Shown piece by piece: positions 31,366 through 41,769 of a DNA stretch of 64,000 nucleotides (positions within the stretch are counted from its first letter, which is position 1; each line of letters starts with the position of its first letter). Under the pieces are notes generated by a model, which was not told the origin of the DNA, made no database searches, and saw only the letters and a program-made list of their open reading frames with translations. This DNA is from Pelagomonas calceolata. Lineage: Eukaryota. Both the position numbers and the translations under genes were made by a program. The DNA lies in the NCBI GenBank assembly GCA_918797485.1, contig CAKKNE010000006.1:1922001-1986000 (forward strand), written 5' to 3'.

Positions 31366-31640
31366 CGCCGCCGGGCGGCTTTGGCCTGCGGGCAGCCCCG
31401 TGCCCGGCTCTGTGTCGCCTCGACGGGTCACCGGGGCAGCGGTAGGAGGCTCTGTCCAAACTCGGCAACGGGTATAAGGGGCTAGAGGGGCTAGAGCTAG
31501 GATAGCTTGGAGGTGAAACTCGAAATCTCCGACCGCAAACCCAGATCTCAAACCCCCACAACCTCCAAGCCCATTGCTAGAAGGTGGCAAGCCGAGGATG
31601 TATCTGGTGACGGCTTTGTTGTAAGACAGCCAGCACTGCA

Positions 31641-32564
31641 ATGCCGCGCCCGGAGGCCTCGGGCCCGCCTGCCAACTACTACGACGCCACCGAGGCGGCC
31701 AAGTACACGTCGAGCAGCCGCATCATTCGCGTGCAGGCGGAGATCGCCGCGCGCTGCGTGGAGTTGCTGAACTTCCCGGCCGGGGCGCGGCGCCTCGTGG
31801 TCGACGTCGGCTGCGGGAGCGGCCTCTCGGGCGCGGCGCTCGAGCGCGCGGGCCACGCGTGGGTCGGCTGCGACGTGTCCCGCGACATGCTGCGGGTCGC
31901 GGCGCGGCGCGCGGCGCGGGACGACGACGGCGGCGAGGCGGAGGACATGGACGACTCGGAGGAGGAGGAGGAGGAGGAGGAGGAGGAGGCGGAGGAGGAG
32001 AACGGCTCGGAGGAGGAGGCGGACGGCGGCGCCGGCGACCGCGCCGCGAACGCCACGGCGGAGCTCCTCGAGCACGACATGGGCCTGGGCCTGCCGTTCC
32101 GCGACGGCGCGTTCGACGGCGCGGTGAGCGTCTCGGCGCTGCAGTGGCTCTGCTACGACAACGACGCGGCGTCGTCGGCGCCGCGGCGGCTGAACCGCTT
32201 CTTCGCCTCGCTCTACCGCTGCCTGCGCGCCGGCGGCCGCGCGGCGCTCCAGTTCTACCCCGAGAACGACGCGCAGGCGGCGCTCATCGCGGCGGCCGCG
32301 CAGCGCGCGGGCTTCGCCGGCGGCGTCGTGGTCGACTTCCCGCGGTCGACCAAGGCGCGCAAGCACTACCTGTGCCTGAGCACGGAGCGGCGCTACCGCG
32401 CGCCGGACGCGCGGGACGCGGCGGGCGCGCCGCAGCGCCGCGGCGGCGGCCGGAAGCGCGGCCGCGACTGGGTCCTCGACAAGAAGGCGCACCAGCGGAA
32501 GAAGGGCGGCCGCGTGCGGCCGGACTCGAAGTTCACGGGGCGCAAGCGCAAGGATAAGTTTTAG
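31641..32564 (+). CDS. BUD23: 18S rRNA m7G methyltransferase BUD23/WBSCR22
   Basis: MPRPEASGPPANYY...EAAKYTSSSRIIRVQ; DVGCGSGLSG; DMGLGLPFRDGAFDGAVSVSALQWL; QFYPEN; RPDSKFTGRKRK. Confidence 0.95.
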   Translation: MPRPEASGPPANYYDATEAAKYTSSSRIIRVQAEIAARCVELLNFPAGARRLVVDVGCGSGLSGAALERAGHAWVGCDVSRDMLRVAARRAARDDDGGEAEDMDDSEEEEEEEEEEAEEENGSEEEADGGAGDRAANATAELLEHDMGLGLPFRDGAFDGAVSVSALQWLCYDNDAASSAPRRLNRFFASLYRCLRAGGRAALQFYPENDAQAALIAAAAQRAGFAGGVVVDFPRSTKARKHYLCLSTERRYRAPDARDAAGAPQRRGGGRKRGRDWVLDKKAHQRKKGGRVRPDSKFTGRKRKDKF

Positions 32565-32575
32565 GAGGCGCCCTC

Positions 32576-33715
32576 CTACCGCCCCCGCTTCCGGGGCTTC
32601 GCCGCCGCGGCCGCGGCCGCGGAGCGCTCCCCCGCCTCGTCGTAGAGCACCGCGAAGCCCCCCGCGCCGCGCATCGGCCGGTCGCGCGCCTCCGTGCCCT
32701 CGCGCAGCACGACGTCGAGCACGTCCCGGATCAGCGCCAGCTTCATGACGCGGTCGGCGCGCGTCGTCGCGGACAGCGAGGGCGACGCGTTCACCTCGAC
32801 GAGCCACGGCTTCAGGTCGTCGTCGACGAGCACGTCGTAGCCGTAGCACTCGAAGCAGTGGCGGTCGTTGATGATCTGGGCCTGCACGGCGCGCAGCGAG
32901 TCGACGATGAGCCGGTCCATGTCCGCGAAGAGCCGCGCCGCGGCCGCGCGGCCGCGCGTCGCCTCGACGTGCAGCCGGCAGTGCCGCAGGTTCCACTTGC
33001 CGCCGTGGTGCTGGTTGTAGTCCTTGCCGTGCTTCTGCACGGCCACGTTCGTCAGGTGCACGAAGGGGTTCCCGAGGTTCGCCGGCGAGGGGTCGTACTT
33101 GGACGTGCAGAAGCGCGCGAAGCCCTCGCGGTGCTTGTAGACGCGCAGCGGCCGGTACGACGTCACGAGCACGTAGAGCCGCAGGTCGTACTTCCGGCCG
33201 CCGACGAGGTGCGGCCGGTCGACGTAGCGCGAGATGACGTAGGACTCGCTCGCCTTCGTCGCGGCCCAGCGGCCCGCGGACCACTTCCGGAGCTGGTGGA
33301 GCTTCGTGACGAGGAAGATGCCCCGGCCCTGCGCCGCGTTCGCCGGCTTCATGATCCACGTCGCGCGCGGGCACCGCCGGAACTCCTCGACGAAGAGCGA
33401 GTAGTCCGCCGGCAGGAGGTGCGTCACGGGCACGAAGTCGAAGACCTCGCGCTGCTTGTCGCGGCCCTGCTCGCGCAGCCACCGCTTCACGTTCTTGACC
33501 ATCTGGTCCTTGCGCGTCAGCTCGAGGTGGTTCGGGAAGTGGTTCACGAGCTGGTCGTCGCGCAGGCGCGTGCCCAGGTCCGGGTGGAAGAGGCGCTGGA
33601 CGTTCCAGGGGTGGCCCCAGAAGACGTTCCAGTCGTCGCCCTCGGTGCGCGCGCCGCACCGCCGGCTGAAGTTCTGCACGATGGCCTGCACCTCGCTGTC
33701 CGACTTCCACTTCAT
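32576..33715 (-). CDS. TTLL1: Tubulin polyglutamylase, TTLL1-like
   Basis: VNHFPNHLELTRKD, WIMKP, KYDLRLYVLVTSYRPL, HLTNVAVQK, HGGKW, CFECYGYD, PWLVEVNASPS. Confidence 0.9.
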   Translation of the reverse strand: MKWKSDSEVQAIVQNFSRRCGARTEGDDWNVFWGHPWNVQRLFHPDLGTRLRDDQLVNHFPNHLELTRKDQMVKNVKRWLREQGRDKQREVFDFVPVTHLLPADYSLFVEEFRRCPRATWIMKPANAAQGRGIFLVTKLHQLRKWSAGRWAATKASESYVISRYVDRPHLVGGRKYDLRLYVLVTSYRPLRVYKHREGFARFCTSKYDPSPANLGNPFVHLTNVAVQKHGKDYNQHHGGKWNLRHCRLHVEATRGRAAAARLFADMDRLIVDSLRAVQAQIINDRHCFECYGYDVLVDDDLKPWLVEVNASPSLSATTRADRVMKLALIRDVLDVVLREGTEARDRPMRGAGGFAVLYDEAGERSAAAAAAAKPRKRGR

Positions 33716-33922
33716 CTTGGGCAGCCTTTACCGCGTTGCTAGTCCTCGCAGCTTTGCAAGCCCCGCCACTGGCCTGTACCATGGTACCGTACCGTAGGTA
33801 GGTTCCGGTACTGTGTCTATGTATATAGGTATAGGGACGGACGGACTTAATACAACATTGGTTATTAGATCTCTTCGTTTCGGGGTCGTAGAAGCCGTTT
33901 CGTAGGTCCCGGCCTCGGAAAC

Positions 33923-34447
33923 TCACGCGGCGGCAAAGTCCGCGACGGCCTTGCGGACGTCCAGCCAAATCACAGAGTGCTCGTTCTTGTAGGGAAGGGG
34001 CGTCTCGTACACCTCAACCTCCGAAAGATGCCACGCGTAGACGTGCTTCCACGACATCTTGTGTTGCACCGCCTCGCAGCTCGGCGCGTGGACACAATGT
34101 TGGTCCTGGAGCTCTTTGAAACGGTCATCCTCCAAGGGCCCTTCGACGCGATGCAACTTCGCCTGACCCCAACACGCTCTTCCGTCGCCACTCGAACACA
34201 ACGCGATGGTCTCTCCCACATGCATTTCATGATAAGAACCATACTCCCTCATGTATTCCTTGCCACCACCACCTTCCGAAGAGCGCTTGTAGTCGATCCT
34301 GGGGGCTTCCGCGAAGTCTGGCAAGTCCAGAGGACAGTACCTTCTGTTGAGCTGATTACCATCGTAGTAAAATTGGTGTAAACTGAGCGGTTCCACCATT
34401 ACTTCACACGAGCGGAAAGCAGCCGCGAAGCAGTCCGTCGTCCGCAT
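33923..34447 (-). CDS. ASCH/PUA-like domain protein (possibly the tail of a disrupted gene)
   Basis: GETIALCSSG...WGQAKL...F...HCV...YAWHLSEVEVYETPLPY...SVIW matches the C-terminal pattern of ASCH domains; the N-terminal GxKxxExR motif is not clearly present. Confidence 0.5.
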   Translation of the reverse strand: MRTTDCFAAAFRSCEVMVEPLSLHQFYYDGNQLNRRYCPLDLPDFAEAPRIDYKRSSEGGGGKEYMREYGSYHEMHVGETIALCSSGDGRACWGQAKLHRVEGPLEDDRFKELQDQHCVHAPSCEAVQHKMSWKHVYAWHLSEVEVYETPLPYKNEHSVIWLDVRKAVADFAAA

Positions 34448-34681
34448 GGTGTAGATGTGGGATCTACCTCGACGACGATGGCGTCGTTCTCGTGCGCGTC
34501 GTGCCAAGGTTCAGCTGACCGACTTTGTGGGCTTTAGCTTTCAACGGCTTCTCACCCTCTGGGACATCTGCAGATGGGAGAGCCTCCGTCGAGCCGCCGC
34601 CGCCGCCGCTCTGCTCACGATAACAATACAAAGTAGCGCTGCTGCCGAGGTCTTGGTCCTCTGGAGAAAAGCGCGGGCGCA

Positions 34682-35065
34682 TCAGGCAGCCTTCCTCGTT
34701 GAGGATACGGAGCTTGCTGGGGCAGTCACCCACCGCCTGCGTGCAAATCGAGCACCCCTGTTTACGTCGGCACCGGCTTTGAGTAGGGCGGCGACGACGT
34801 CCGTGTTGCAGCACTGGGTCGCCCTATGGAGAGGTGTCTTCTGCAACCTGGTCGTCGGCACATTCAAATCCGCTCCCGCTTCGACGAGCACATTTAAGCA
34901 GGCTACTTGTTTTTCCGAGCTGCAGTCATGGGAGCAACAATAGTATGCAGGCGTCCGGCCCGACCGATCTGGTACATTTGGCAAGACGCCATTCGCAAGC
35001 TCCCGTCGCAACGCGGCGACGTCGCCTCTTTCACATGCTCTGTGTATGGGTTCGTTCCTCGGCAT
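34682..35065 (-). pseudogene. Ankyrin-repeat gene fragment
   Basis: PIHRACERGD, GRTPAYY, LVEAGADLN, KTPLHRA, LLKAGADVN, followed by abrupt loss of the repeat pattern. Confidence 0.6.
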
Positions 35066-35813
35066 GATCTTCTGTGCCAGATGTTCGTGACAGCGCCTTG
35101 TAGCGCGGCGTCCGGGAGAGATATATGAGCACTGCGTGTCAATTGGCTCTACGGCCGCCCTTGGGACCAACGCTGTCGACGTAGAAAGACCAGAAGATAG
35201 GTCCTCTTGCCCCGAAGAGAGAGAAACCTACTAGCCCTTCCTACCTAGATATGTTTCTCCCTCTCTCTAATAATTCAGCTTACCCTAGGCTCCTTAGTGG
35301 CTAGTGAAGTAGCAGCAGACTAATAGTTGGGAATTTACTCTTTGCTCCGCTGCCGCCCATCGGGCCAACCAACCCGGGGACAGGTAGTAGCTCTCCCCGG
35401 GCCCCATCAAACAGGGAGGGAGGGCGGGCTAAATAAATCTGAGGACCGCATAAACCACAGCCAACTTGGCTTTGGATTGGCCGGAAGATCCCAGGGGAAG
35501 TAAGGCTAGTACAGTGGCCAGGATAACTGTGCTAGCTGGCTTCTAGCCTCGTGTTAAAATTTGGTACACTCACAGAGGTGTCCCAGCCCAAGGGGCAGCC
35601 CAGGAATAACCTGGGTTGTGGTTGGTGCCATATTAGACCCCCTGGTGCTGGGGGTCTGCGGCGCTTAAATTGTTTATATTTGCAACTGTTGCTTTACGTC
35701 TGCTGCGCGTGTGCACACCATTACAAGCCGAGGAGGACGGTGACATCTCCTTGCCGCGCGGTAGCCACCATAAATTACAAAGCTAAATCAAACAAGGAGA
35801 TAAGCGCAGTAGT

Positions 35814-36764
35814 ATGAGAAGCAAAGCCGCCATACAGGCCTCGAAGGCGGCCTTCGCGGAGGCGCGGCCCAACTACGTCGGCCCCGACGGGCGCTGCGTC
35901 CGCGCGGGCAACGGAACCGTGAACAACGCGGAGCGGCCGGCCTACTTCGTCTGGGCGCCGGCGCCGGCGACGGCGCCGCCGCCGCCGACGCCGGAGTGGC
36001 CCAGCGCCCAGCCGCCGCGGAGCGGTGGCAAGAAGCGGCGCGAGCAGCAGGCCGCGCACGTGGTCCTCGAGCCGCCCTACGCGCGCGACGGCGAGTGGGC
36101 GCCGCGCGCGCCGCCCGCCGCGCCGCGCGCCGCCCTCGAGCCGCCCTACGCGCGCGGCGGCGACTGGGCGCCGCGCGCGCCGCCCGCCGCGCCGCCCGTG
36201 CTGCCGCGCCCGCCGATCGAGACGGCGCCGCCGGCCCCGCCGACGCTCGCGGCGCCGCCGCCCGCCCCGCCGATCGAGGCGCCGCCGCCGGCCGTCGCGG
36301 CGGCCTTCCGAGCGCTGGCGGGGCCGTCGGCGGGCGTCGACGTCGTGCTGCGGAAACTCGCCGCGCCGCCGCTCGACGTCGCCGCCGCGGCGCCGGAGCC
36401 GCCGCCCGAGGAGGTGGACGAGGACGCGGCGCTCGCCGACGCCGCGGCCGCCACGGCCGTCGTGCCGCGGCGGCCGCCGAAGGCGCCGAAGGCGCCGAAG
36501 GCCGCGCCGGTCCGGCGCTACATGCGCATCAACGGCGGCCCGCCGGGCCGGCCCGCGGCCGTCCGCCGCGCCTTCGCGGGCAAGGCGCAGACCGTCGTGC
36601 GCAAGCAGCAGCGGGCCCTGCGCAACGCGGCGCCGCGCGCCAACAAGCACGCACCGACGTCGCCGCTCCTCTCAAACCCGCGCTACCCGACGCCCACGGC
36701 GAACGTGTACAAGACTACGGCGCGCCGCGCCTACGCGTGGCCGGCGCCCACGCCCGAGCTCTGA
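35814..36764 (+). CDS. Proline/alanine-rich hypothetical protein
   Basis: 316-aa ORF with GC3 bias and an internal duplication LEPPYARxGxWAPRAPPAAP. Confidence 0.55.
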   Translation: MRSKAAIQASKAAFAEARPNYVGPDGRCVRAGNGTVNNAERPAYFVWAPAPATAPPPPTPEWPSAQPPRSGGKKRREQQAAHVVLEPPYARDGEWAPRAPPAAPRAALEPPYARGGDWAPRAPPAAPPVLPRPPIETAPPAPPTLAAPPPAPPIEAPPPAVAAAFRALAGPSAGVDVVLRKLAAPPLDVAAAAPEPPPEEVDEDAALADAAAATAVVPRRPPKAPKAPKAAPVRRYMRINGGPPGRPAAVRRAFAGKAQTVVRKQQRALRNAAPRANKHAPTSPLLSNPRYPTPTANVYKTTARRAYAWPAPTPEL

Positions 36765-37056
36765 CCGCGCGCGCGTTTTTCCCCGCCCCCCTCCGCCGCG
36801 CGCGCGTAACGAGCCGCCACCGTCCCCCACAGTAGTCTCCTTGCCGCCGCCGCGTCGATGCGTCCAAACGCGCGCGCTCCGCCAGTCCGGCATGCGATGC
36901 GTCGACGAGCGTGGAGCATGGGCTAGCGGCCTGTACTTAGACAGGCCGCTAGCTCGTTATCACGCGGCAACTGGCTGCCCCGGATATATCTACAAGAGAG
37001 TCGTTATATTCAGGGGAGAGGACCTAGGGAGATAGGGAAGTGAAGCTCGTGAAAGC

Positions 37057-37270
37057 TCAGAGGACCTCGAAGTCCTCGCCGCGTTTGTACCAGTCCACGC
37101 CGCGTTTGTACCAGTAGTTGGCGTCCTCCGCGTCCTTGATGTCGTCGAAGACGATGCGGTACATGCCGTCCGATTCGCGGTAGTCGACGATGTAGCCGAA
37201 CTCCGGCGCCGGCTCGGCGGAGGCCTCCCCCTCGGCGGAGGCCTCCCCCTCGGCGTCAGTCGACGGAATC
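37057..37270 (-). pseudogene. Short Tudor-like coding fragment
   Basis: FGYIVDYRESDGMYRIVFDD...; small tandem duplications (AEGEAS x2, WYKRG x2); no clear start. Confidence 0.35.
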
Positions 37271-37520
37271 AAGGTGAGAGCTGATTTGAAACAGGACAGC
37301 GGCTCCGCCTGATCGTCGAGCTGCACCTTGTAATACCTCGCCTGGCCGACCGGCGTTGAGACAATGGAGCCGAGCGACCCGTCTTACCTGTGTAGGTACC
37401 TACCTGCATATGAAACATACCATACGCCGGAATTCATTGCACGACGAGATACTGACCCACGGCTGCTACGATTGCCGGAATTCGTTGGCACGACGAGACA
37501 CTGCCCCACACAGTACTCGC

Positions 37521-37937
37521 ATGGGAGAGCCAAGCAATGATAATGACACGATGCTGTTGGGGGGGCAGCCCGCGGCGCTAGCGGTCGCCCTGCAGGGCTT
37601 CGCGCGGCTCGAGGTGGCGGCGGCGTCGGCCCGCGCGGTCGCGGACGGCCTCCTGCGGCGCGACGTCGGCGCGCTCGTCGACGCGCTGCGGGCCGAGCGC
37701 GCGCGGTCGGCGCAGCTCGCCGACGACTTTGCGGCCGCGCGCTCGCGGTGGCGGCGCGAGGCGAGGCGGCGGGCGCGCGTGGTCGAGGAGCTCGTGGCGG
37801 AAAACGACTCGCTCGCGGAGCGCCTCGAGGCGGCTGTCGACGAGGTCCGCCGGCTCCGCAAGGCGGCCGCCGCAGATGCCGCTGCCCCCGAAGCCGCCGC
37901 GGGCCGGCGGCGGAGCGGTCGAAGGCGGCGCGCATAA
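37521..37937 (+). CDS. Small coiled-coil hypothetical protein
   Basis: GC3-biased frame VEELVAENDSLAERLEAAVDEVRRL. Confidence 0.45.
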   Translation: MGEPSNDNDTMLLGGQPAALAVALQGFARLEVAAASARAVADGLLRRDVGALVDALRAERARSAQLADDFAAARSRWRREARRRARVVEELVAENDSLAERLEAAVDEVRRLRKAAAADAAAPEAAAGRRRSGRRRRA

Positions 37938-38017
37938 TTATTAGTCTGTTTACACTTGGAGGAAGGAGGATGGTGAAGAAGGTGGTGGATGGTATCTTGG
38001 AAATGACGATGGGGGGG

Positions 38018-39094
38018 CTAGAGCTCGTCGTCGAGGAGCTCGCGCGCCGAGCGCAAGCGCCCCCGGACCGGCACCGGCGGCGGCGCGACGGCGTCCGGCG
38101 CGGCGAACCACGCGTGCGCGCGCGCGGCGGCGGCGGCGACGCGATCACAGGGCGCGAGCCGCAGGCACGCGCGCGCCAGCGCGAAGGCCTCCGGCGGCCA
38201 GCCGCTCGCGTCGCGCGGGAGGTCGTCGCGCGCCATCGCGTCGGCCCAGGCCTCGCGCGGCACGCGCGAAAGCGGGTGCCTGCCGACGCACAGCGCGCAG
38301 AGCACGATCCCAAAGGACCAAAGGTCAACCGACGGATCGCAAGTGCCGCCCCGCAGCTGCTCGGGCGCCATGTACGGCAGAGTGCCGACGTGCGCCGTCG
38401 CGGCCTTGCCGTTCGTCGCGCTCGTGGAACTGAAGCGCGCGCTGCCGAAGTCGCAGAGCAGCACGTGCAGGGGCCCGTCCGCGTCCCTGACCAGGACGTT
38501 CTCCAGCTTGAGGTCGCGGTGGACGATGCCTCGCGCGTGCAGGAAACTCAGCGCGTCAAGGATTTGGGCCGAGGCGCGCCTCGCGACCGCTTCGGGCGGC
38601 GTGCCGTGTCTTACGACGTCCAACAACGTGCCGCCTTCGGCCTTTTCCATCACGACGTAGTTCGTGGCGGACGAGAGGACGACCTCGTGGCATTGCACTA
38701 CGTGTTTGTGGAAGGGCAGCGCGCGCTGGAGAAGCAGCTCGCGCTTGACGGCCTCCCTGAACGGCGGCGGCTTCTGCCGCTTCCGCTCGGAGTCGGACTC
38801 GGGCGCGGCCAGGGCGGCGGAGTCCGCCCGCTGGAGTCTCGCGGCGTCGCGGCGGCGGCGGCGCCGCGCCAGCACCTTGATCGCGACCCGCGTTCCGTCC
38901 GCGGTCCGCGTCGCCTCGACGACGTCCGCCGCGACGCCGCGCGCGATCACGGCGCCAAAGACATATCTCGCCCGCAGCGGCTCCGCGTCGCCGCCCCAGC
39001 CGCCGCGCGCCAGCGCGCGCCGCGGCGTCGTCGCGCCGCCGGACGCGCCCGGCAGCGACTGCTCCGCGGTCTGGCAGAGGCGGGGCCAGGGCAT
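38018..39094 (-). CDS. Ser/Thr protein kinase (CAMK-group-like)
   Basis: VAIK, HRDLKLEN, DFG, GTLPYMAPE, DLWSFG; degenerate glycine-rich loop (IARGVAADV). Confidence 0.88.
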   Translation of the reverse strand: MPWPRLCQTAEQSLPGASGGATTPRRALARGGWGGDAEPLRARYVFGAVIARGVAADVVEATRTADGTRVAIKVLARRRRRRDAARLQRADSAALAAPESDSERKRQKPPPFREAVKRELLLQRALPFHKHVVQCHEVVLSSATNYVVMEKAEGGTLLDVVRHGTPPEAVARRASAQILDALSFLHARGIVHRDLKLENVLVRDADGPLHVLLCDFGSARFSSTSATNGKAATAHVGTLPYMAPEQLRGGTCDPSVDLWSFGIVLCALCVGRHPLSRVPREAWADAMARDDLPRDASGWPPEAFALARACLRLAPCDRVAAAAARAHAWFAAPDAVAPPPVPVRGRLRSARELLDDEL

Positions 39095-39779
39095 ACTGCG
39101 TCGTCGCTGCGCAGCCGCTTTTATCAGCACCAGCAGCACTTTGGTACAACGCCGGAACGAGGGTTTTGATAGACGTTGCTGTTGGCGACGCCGGCCCACT
39201 TTTTTGTTTAAATTTCGGCAGAGACCTGATGCTGGCTTGCGGTATTGCAGCTGGCCAATCCGCTTGGCGCCCGCCTGCGGGTTTTCGCAAAAAGGTTCGG
39301 GGCGAGCCGCCTCTTTTGTCCGCTGAGGAGGAAATGGCGGCGGAGGCCTCCGCAGGCGGGTGTCCGCTTGGCCTAGTAGGAATGACTAAAAATAGGTAAA
39401 TAATGCATTGCTTTGCTTAGAGCTAGGCCGCATAGCCGCGACCCACCCTGGGGACTATTAATTTACCATTTCGCTATACTTGTTGGTGCAGCGGATGGTG
39501 GGGCAAAAACCCACGCCCTTCTAGATACGTTATATTATTAATCGTCACAACTGTCGCGGGTGTTTGATTGCTCCCTGCGAACAATGGCTCACAGGAGTGG
39601 TGTGCGAACAATGCAAGAACAGAGATGCCTACATGGACCCGTGCCTCCACATCTATTGGTGCTCCGTGAGCCCATCCACAATCCACGCGTCCTGGAAGTG
39701 GAGCGTCCCCGATACTTGGGAGGACATGAGCGGCTTGACGGTGGCCTCTGTGCTAGAGCACTTCGTTGACTGGAGGTAA

Positions 39780-40169
39780 GTATACTTTTATGATGTAATT
39801 TTTGATTGGACATGGGCTACTGAGGGCGAGCTGGCAGCAGCACTGCGCTCCGACCAAATCTGTCGGGAGAATGGGCGGCCCGTCCACAATTTTCCTCGCG
39901 ACGGGGATCTGGGTGCGGAACCGCCTGCCTCTAGATATTACGGAGTGACGAAGAAAATTCGCAAGTCTGATGTGGTTTGGCGGGCAAGAATCACATATTC
40001 AAATTGGAAAAATGATATATATATTGGCTGCTTCGACGAAGAGCAGGAAGCCGCGCGAGCCGTCGACGAGTATCTCGCGTCGATAGGATACGAGCGCCGG
40101 AACTTCCCGGAGGACGAGGTGGAGGACCTCGAAGACCTCGGCGGCGACGCGGTCTCGAGTCCGCAGTAA
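39780..40169 (+). CDS. AP2-domain coding fragment (one full and one partial repeat)
   Basis: SRYYGV...WRARI...IYIGCFDEEQEAARAVD...RNFP, preceded in frame by GELAAALRSD...HNFP; the 5' end is unresolved. Confidence 0.65.
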   Translation, partial: VYFYDVIFDWTWATEGELAAALRSDQICRENGRPVHNFPRDGDLGAEPPASRYYGVTKKIRKSDVVWRARITYSNWKNDIYIGCFDEEQEAARAVDEYLASIGYERRNFPEDEVEDLEDLGGDAVSSPQ

Positions 40170-40604
40170 TTCTCTTTTCTCGTCCCGGGTAATTATCATC
40201 AAGAGAGAGAGAGTCGCTTATTGAACCCACCCCCAGGTACGGATCAACTCCGAGCACAGTAAATGCTACTACTAGTACTAGTACTAGCCCACCGCAGCGC
40301 GTCGTCGTCGACGCGGTCAAAAACCGCGACGTAAAAACGCACGCGCACGCTGCGCGTCGCTTCCAATCTCTTCGATACCGATGCACGAGATACACCCTAG
40401 AGCCATGAGGCTTCGTATTAGTATACCAAAATTCAAGAGGTACTTAGTACTTATAGGGTACCGTAGGTACCGTAGGTACCTACGGCCTTGAGGGCAAGCA
40501 TCATCATGCGGATGCTGGCCTCAAGCTCTGCCCAGCAGCAAGGGCTGGCACCGCTGGGCGAGAGTCACACTAGTGCTCACACTGTTGTGGCACGTAGGGC
40601 ATCC

Positions 40605-41744
40605 ATGCGCACGGCGGCGGCGTGGTGCCTGCTCCTCCCGAGCGCCGCCGCGTTCGCGCCGGCGCCACCACCTGATAGTAGACGGCGCGCACTCACGACG
40701 CGGAGCGCCGGCGCCGGCGAGCTCCTGGCCGAGGTCCGCGACCTCGCGCGGCTGCGCCCGACGCGCGACGACATCGTGCGGCTGAGCGACGCCTGCGACG
40801 CGGGCGACGGCGCCCTGCGCTTCCTGCGCCGCCGCAAGCGCTACGGGCTGCTCGCGGAGCTGCTCAAACGGGACGCGGCGGCGTACGCCGACGTCGCCGG
40901 CTGGCTCCACGGCGCGTGTGGCGTCGGGCGCGACCAGCTGCCGAACCTCGAGCGCGTGCCCCTCGCCGCGGCGCCGCCGCCCGCGGTCGACGACCTCGTG
41001 CCCGACTGCACCTTGACGAACAAGACGTTCGCGGAGACGCCGCTCGACGCGTTCCTCCTCCAGTTCACGCGGGACCGCTACGCCGAGCACACGCCCGGGC
41101 CGGCCTTCCGCTCGCGGCAGGCCGGCATCCTCGGGCTGCTCGAGGAGATGCGCGTGCTCATGCTCGACGAGCGCGGGACGGACGCGGCGCAGCAGGACCT
41201 GGTGATCCGCGTGCTGCTGGACCTGATGACGCCGGCCCTGCCGCCGTTCTACCGGCTCTTCATGGGCGGCCTCGTGCCGTCGGCGGAGCGCGGCGACCCC
41301 GCGTGGCTCGTGGACCTCGCGGCGCGGCAGTCGCTGCGCCGCCCGGGCGAGCGCTGGCTCGGCGGGCGCGGCCCGCCGCCCTACGCGCCGCTGCTGACGA
41401 GCGTCGTGGCGCCGTTCGTGTTCGGCTTCCTCGTGGGCCCCGGCCGGGTCAACCGGCGGGGCGACGGCGCGCGGGGCGGCCTCGTCGTGGACAAGTGCAA
41501 GTTCCTGCAGGAGTCGAACTGCAAGGGCCTGTGCCTGCACCAGTGCAAGCGGCCGGCGGAGCGGCTCTTCGACGACCTGGGCGTGCCGCTGCGCGTCGCG
41601 CCGAACTTCGAGACGCAGGAGTGCCAGTGGTCCTGGGGCGTCGCCGCGCCGGCGCCCGAGGCCGACGACGCGTGGCCCGACAACTGCCTCGCCGGCTGCG
41701 CGAACCGGAAGCTCCTACCGGCGGCCGGACGAAGGGAGTGTTAG
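40605..41744 (+). CDS. Beta-carotene isomerase D27-like (DUF4033), predicted plastid-targeted
   Basis: Signal peptide with AAAFAP; C-terminal Cys motif CKFLQESNCKGLCLHQCK...PNFETQECQWSWG. Confidence 0.85.
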   Translation: MRTAAAWCLLLPSAAAFAPAPPPDSRRRALTTRSAGAGELLAEVRDLARLRPTRDDIVRLSDACDAGDGALRFLRRRKRYGLLAELLKRDAAAYADVAGWLHGACGVGRDQLPNLERVPLAAAPPPAVDDLVPDCTLTNKTFAETPLDAFLLQFTRDRYAEHTPGPAFRSRQAGILGLLEEMRVLMLDERGTDAAQQDLVIRVLLDLMTPALPPFYRLFMGGLVPSAERGDPAWLVDLAARQSLRRPGERWLGGRGPPPYAPLLTSVVAPFVFGFLVGPGRVNRRGDGARGGLVVDKCKFLQESNCKGLCLHQCKRPAERLFDDLGVPLRVAPNFETQECQWSWGVAAPAPEADDAWPDNCLAGCANRKLLPAAGRREC

Positions 41745-41769
41745 CACTCCCTTAAAATAATATACCTTC

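Noticed and set aside
37426..37515. ~48-bp imperfect tandem duplication, plus short GGTACCGTA runs at ~1305, 33783 and 40457
   Set aside because: Local duplications or simple repeats with no supporting structure.
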